A stretch of DNA of 8,590 nucleotides, taken from sequence record CM022109.1; one strand, written 5' to 3'. A program made the position numbers and the translations under genes. This document shows positions 7,752 through 8,590 of this stretch, piece by piece. Under the pieces are notes generated by a model that worked only from the letters and a program-made list of their open reading frames with translations, was not told the DNA's origin and made no database searches. Position 1 is the first letter of the stretch; each line of letters starts with the position of its first letter.

Positions 7752-7780
7752 TTGAAGGCTCTGAAATAACTAGTTATACT
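7752..7780 (+). promoter_or_regulatory. Sigma70/PEP-type promoter candidate for the psbEFLJ operon
   Basis: TTGAAG (7752-7757), a 17-nt spacer, then TATACT (7775-7780). This predicts a 5' UTR of about 60 nt ending in AAGGAG (7832-7837). Confidence 0.4.
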
Positions 7781-7845
7781 AAAATAAGAAACAAAATAAA
7801 AGTTTTAACTTTTTAACCTTACATACTATATAAGGAGTGTTACGC

Positions 7846-8097
7846 ATGTCTGGTGCTACAGGAGAACGCCCTTTTTCTGATATTTTAACCAGTATTCGTT
7901 ACTGGGTTATTCACAGCATTACAATTCCATCATTATTTATTGCTGGTTGGTTGTTTGTGAGTACGGGTCTGGCTTATGATGTTTTTGGAAGTCCAAGACC
8001 AAATGAATATTTTACTGAAGATCGACAATCAGCTCCGCTTATTACCGATCGTTTCAATGCATTGGAACAAGTAAAAACTTTATCTGACGTAAATTAA
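7846..8097 (+). CDS. psbE: Cytochrome b559 alpha subunit, 83 aa
   Basis: [61 protein letters not shown].. is near-identical to the PsbE consensus, including the heme-ligand His. The ORF track starts at GTG 7837, which overlaps the AAGGAG box. ATG 7846 gives the canonical MSG start 8 nt after the SD. Confidence 0.95.
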   Translation: MSGATGERPFSDILTSIRYWVIHSITIPSLFIAGWLFVSTGLAYDVFGSPRPNEYFTEDRQSAPLITDRFNALEQVKTLSDVN

Positions 8098-8110
8098 GCG
8101 AGATTCATAC

Positions 8111-8236
8111 ATGACTGCAAGAAAATCGTATACTTATCCAATTTTTACTGTTCGTTGGTTATCTGTACATGCATTAGCTGTACCTACTGTATTCTTTTTA
8201 GGTGCAATTACTGCAATGCAATTTATTCAACGTTAA
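8111..8236 (+). CDS. psbF: Cytochrome b559 beta subunit, 41 aa
   Basis: Hand translation gives [41 protein letters not shown] followed by TAA. This is the PsbF signature ([30 protein letters not shown]). It starts 13 nt after the psbE stop. Confidence 0.95.
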   Translation: MTARKSYTYPIFTVRWLSVHALAVPTVFFLGAITAMQFIQR

Positions 8237-8254
8237 GAACAAAGTGAGAGTAAT

Positions 8255-8371
8255 ATGGCGAAACCAAATCCCAATAAACAATCTGTAGAATTAAATCGTA
8301 CCAGTTTATACTGGGGTCTTTTATTAATTTTTGTATTAGCGGTTTTATTCTCTAGTTATATTTTTAATTAA
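8255..8371 (+). CDS. psbL: Photosystem II protein L, 38 aa
   Basis: Hand translation gives [38 protein letters not shown] followed by TAA. This is the PsbL signature ([30 protein letters not shown]). Confidence 0.95.
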
Positions 8372-8402
8372 AAATTAGCTTTTAATATTAATTTCGCTAC
8401 TA

Positions 8403-8433
8403 GTACTTTTTAATACATCGTATTAAAAAGTAC
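8403..8433 (+). repeat. Perfect 14-bp inverted repeat (3-nt loop) in the psbL-psbJ spacer; possible intra-operon RNA hairpin
   Basis: GTACTTTTTAATAC (8403-8416), loop ATC, GTATTAAAAAGTAC (8420-8433), an exact reverse complement. It lies in the 90-nt spacer between the psbL stop (8371) and the psbJ ATG (8462). Confidence 0.6.
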
Positions 8434-8461
8434 AATTATGGTATATCAAGGAGATATAGAT

Positions 8462-8590
8462 ATGTCTAATACTGGCACAACTGGTCGTATTCCATTATGG
8501 CTTGTTGGTGTTGTTGCTGGAACAGCAGCAATTACATTACTAGGTGTTTTCTTCTATGGTTCTTACGTAGGTTTAGGTTCTTCATTATAA
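8462..8590 (+). CDS. psbJ: Photosystem II protein J, 42 aa (the stop codon is the last three bases of the window)
   Basis: Hand translation gives [42 protein letters not shown] followed by TAA. This is the PsbJ signature (TGRIPLW......G......G.FFYGSY.GLGSSL). AAGGAG (8448-8453) lies 8 nt upstream. Confidence 0.93.
   Translation: MSNTGTTGRIPLWLVGVVAGTAAITLLGVFFYGSYVGLGSSL

Noticed and set aside
7837-7845. N-terminal extension of psbE (MLR) from GTG 7837
   Set aside because: The GTG overlaps the AAGGAG Shine-Dalgarno box (7832-7837). ATG 7846 yields the canonical PsbE N-terminus MSG.TGER at ideal SD spacing.

Overview
This window is a gene-dense, very AT-rich plastid (chloroplast) genome segment, not a bacterial accessory region. 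It has six strand blocks. Block 1 (-): psaB (5' part), psaA, chlB. Block 2 (+): psbK, ycf12/psb30, psaM, trnQ(UUG). Block 3 (-): a probable secG/ycf47. Block 4 (+): trnF(GAA), tilS. Block 5 (-): trnK(UUU, intronless), psbZ. Block 6 (+): trnG(UCC), trnH(GUG), psbE-psbF-psbL-psbJ. Six small genes missing from the ORF track (psbK, ycf12, psaM, psbF, psbL, psbJ) and five tRNAs were read by hand. The gene content is adjacent psaA-psaB, chlB, tilS, a secG-like ORF, psaM, ycf12 and no trnK intron or matK. By inference, this suggests an algal plastid, probably red-algal or red-derived; I cannot name the organism. All 12 stop codons present are TAA, and Trp is TGG. Several genes have AAGGAG or GGAGGA Shine-Dalgarno boxes. 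I see no defence system, mobile element, CRISPR array, integrase or foreign insertion, so I find no undescribed system here. The points worth a second look are modest. Long perfect hairpins sit inside two normally tight operons (psaA-psaB and psbL-psbJ). The tilS is fast-evolving and its PP-loop reads SIGTDS instead of SGGxDS. psbK starts at GTG with a very short presequence. Two protein genes abut the 3' ends of convergent tRNA genes with almost no spacer. Bacterial-type promoters lie just upstream of the tRNA genes.
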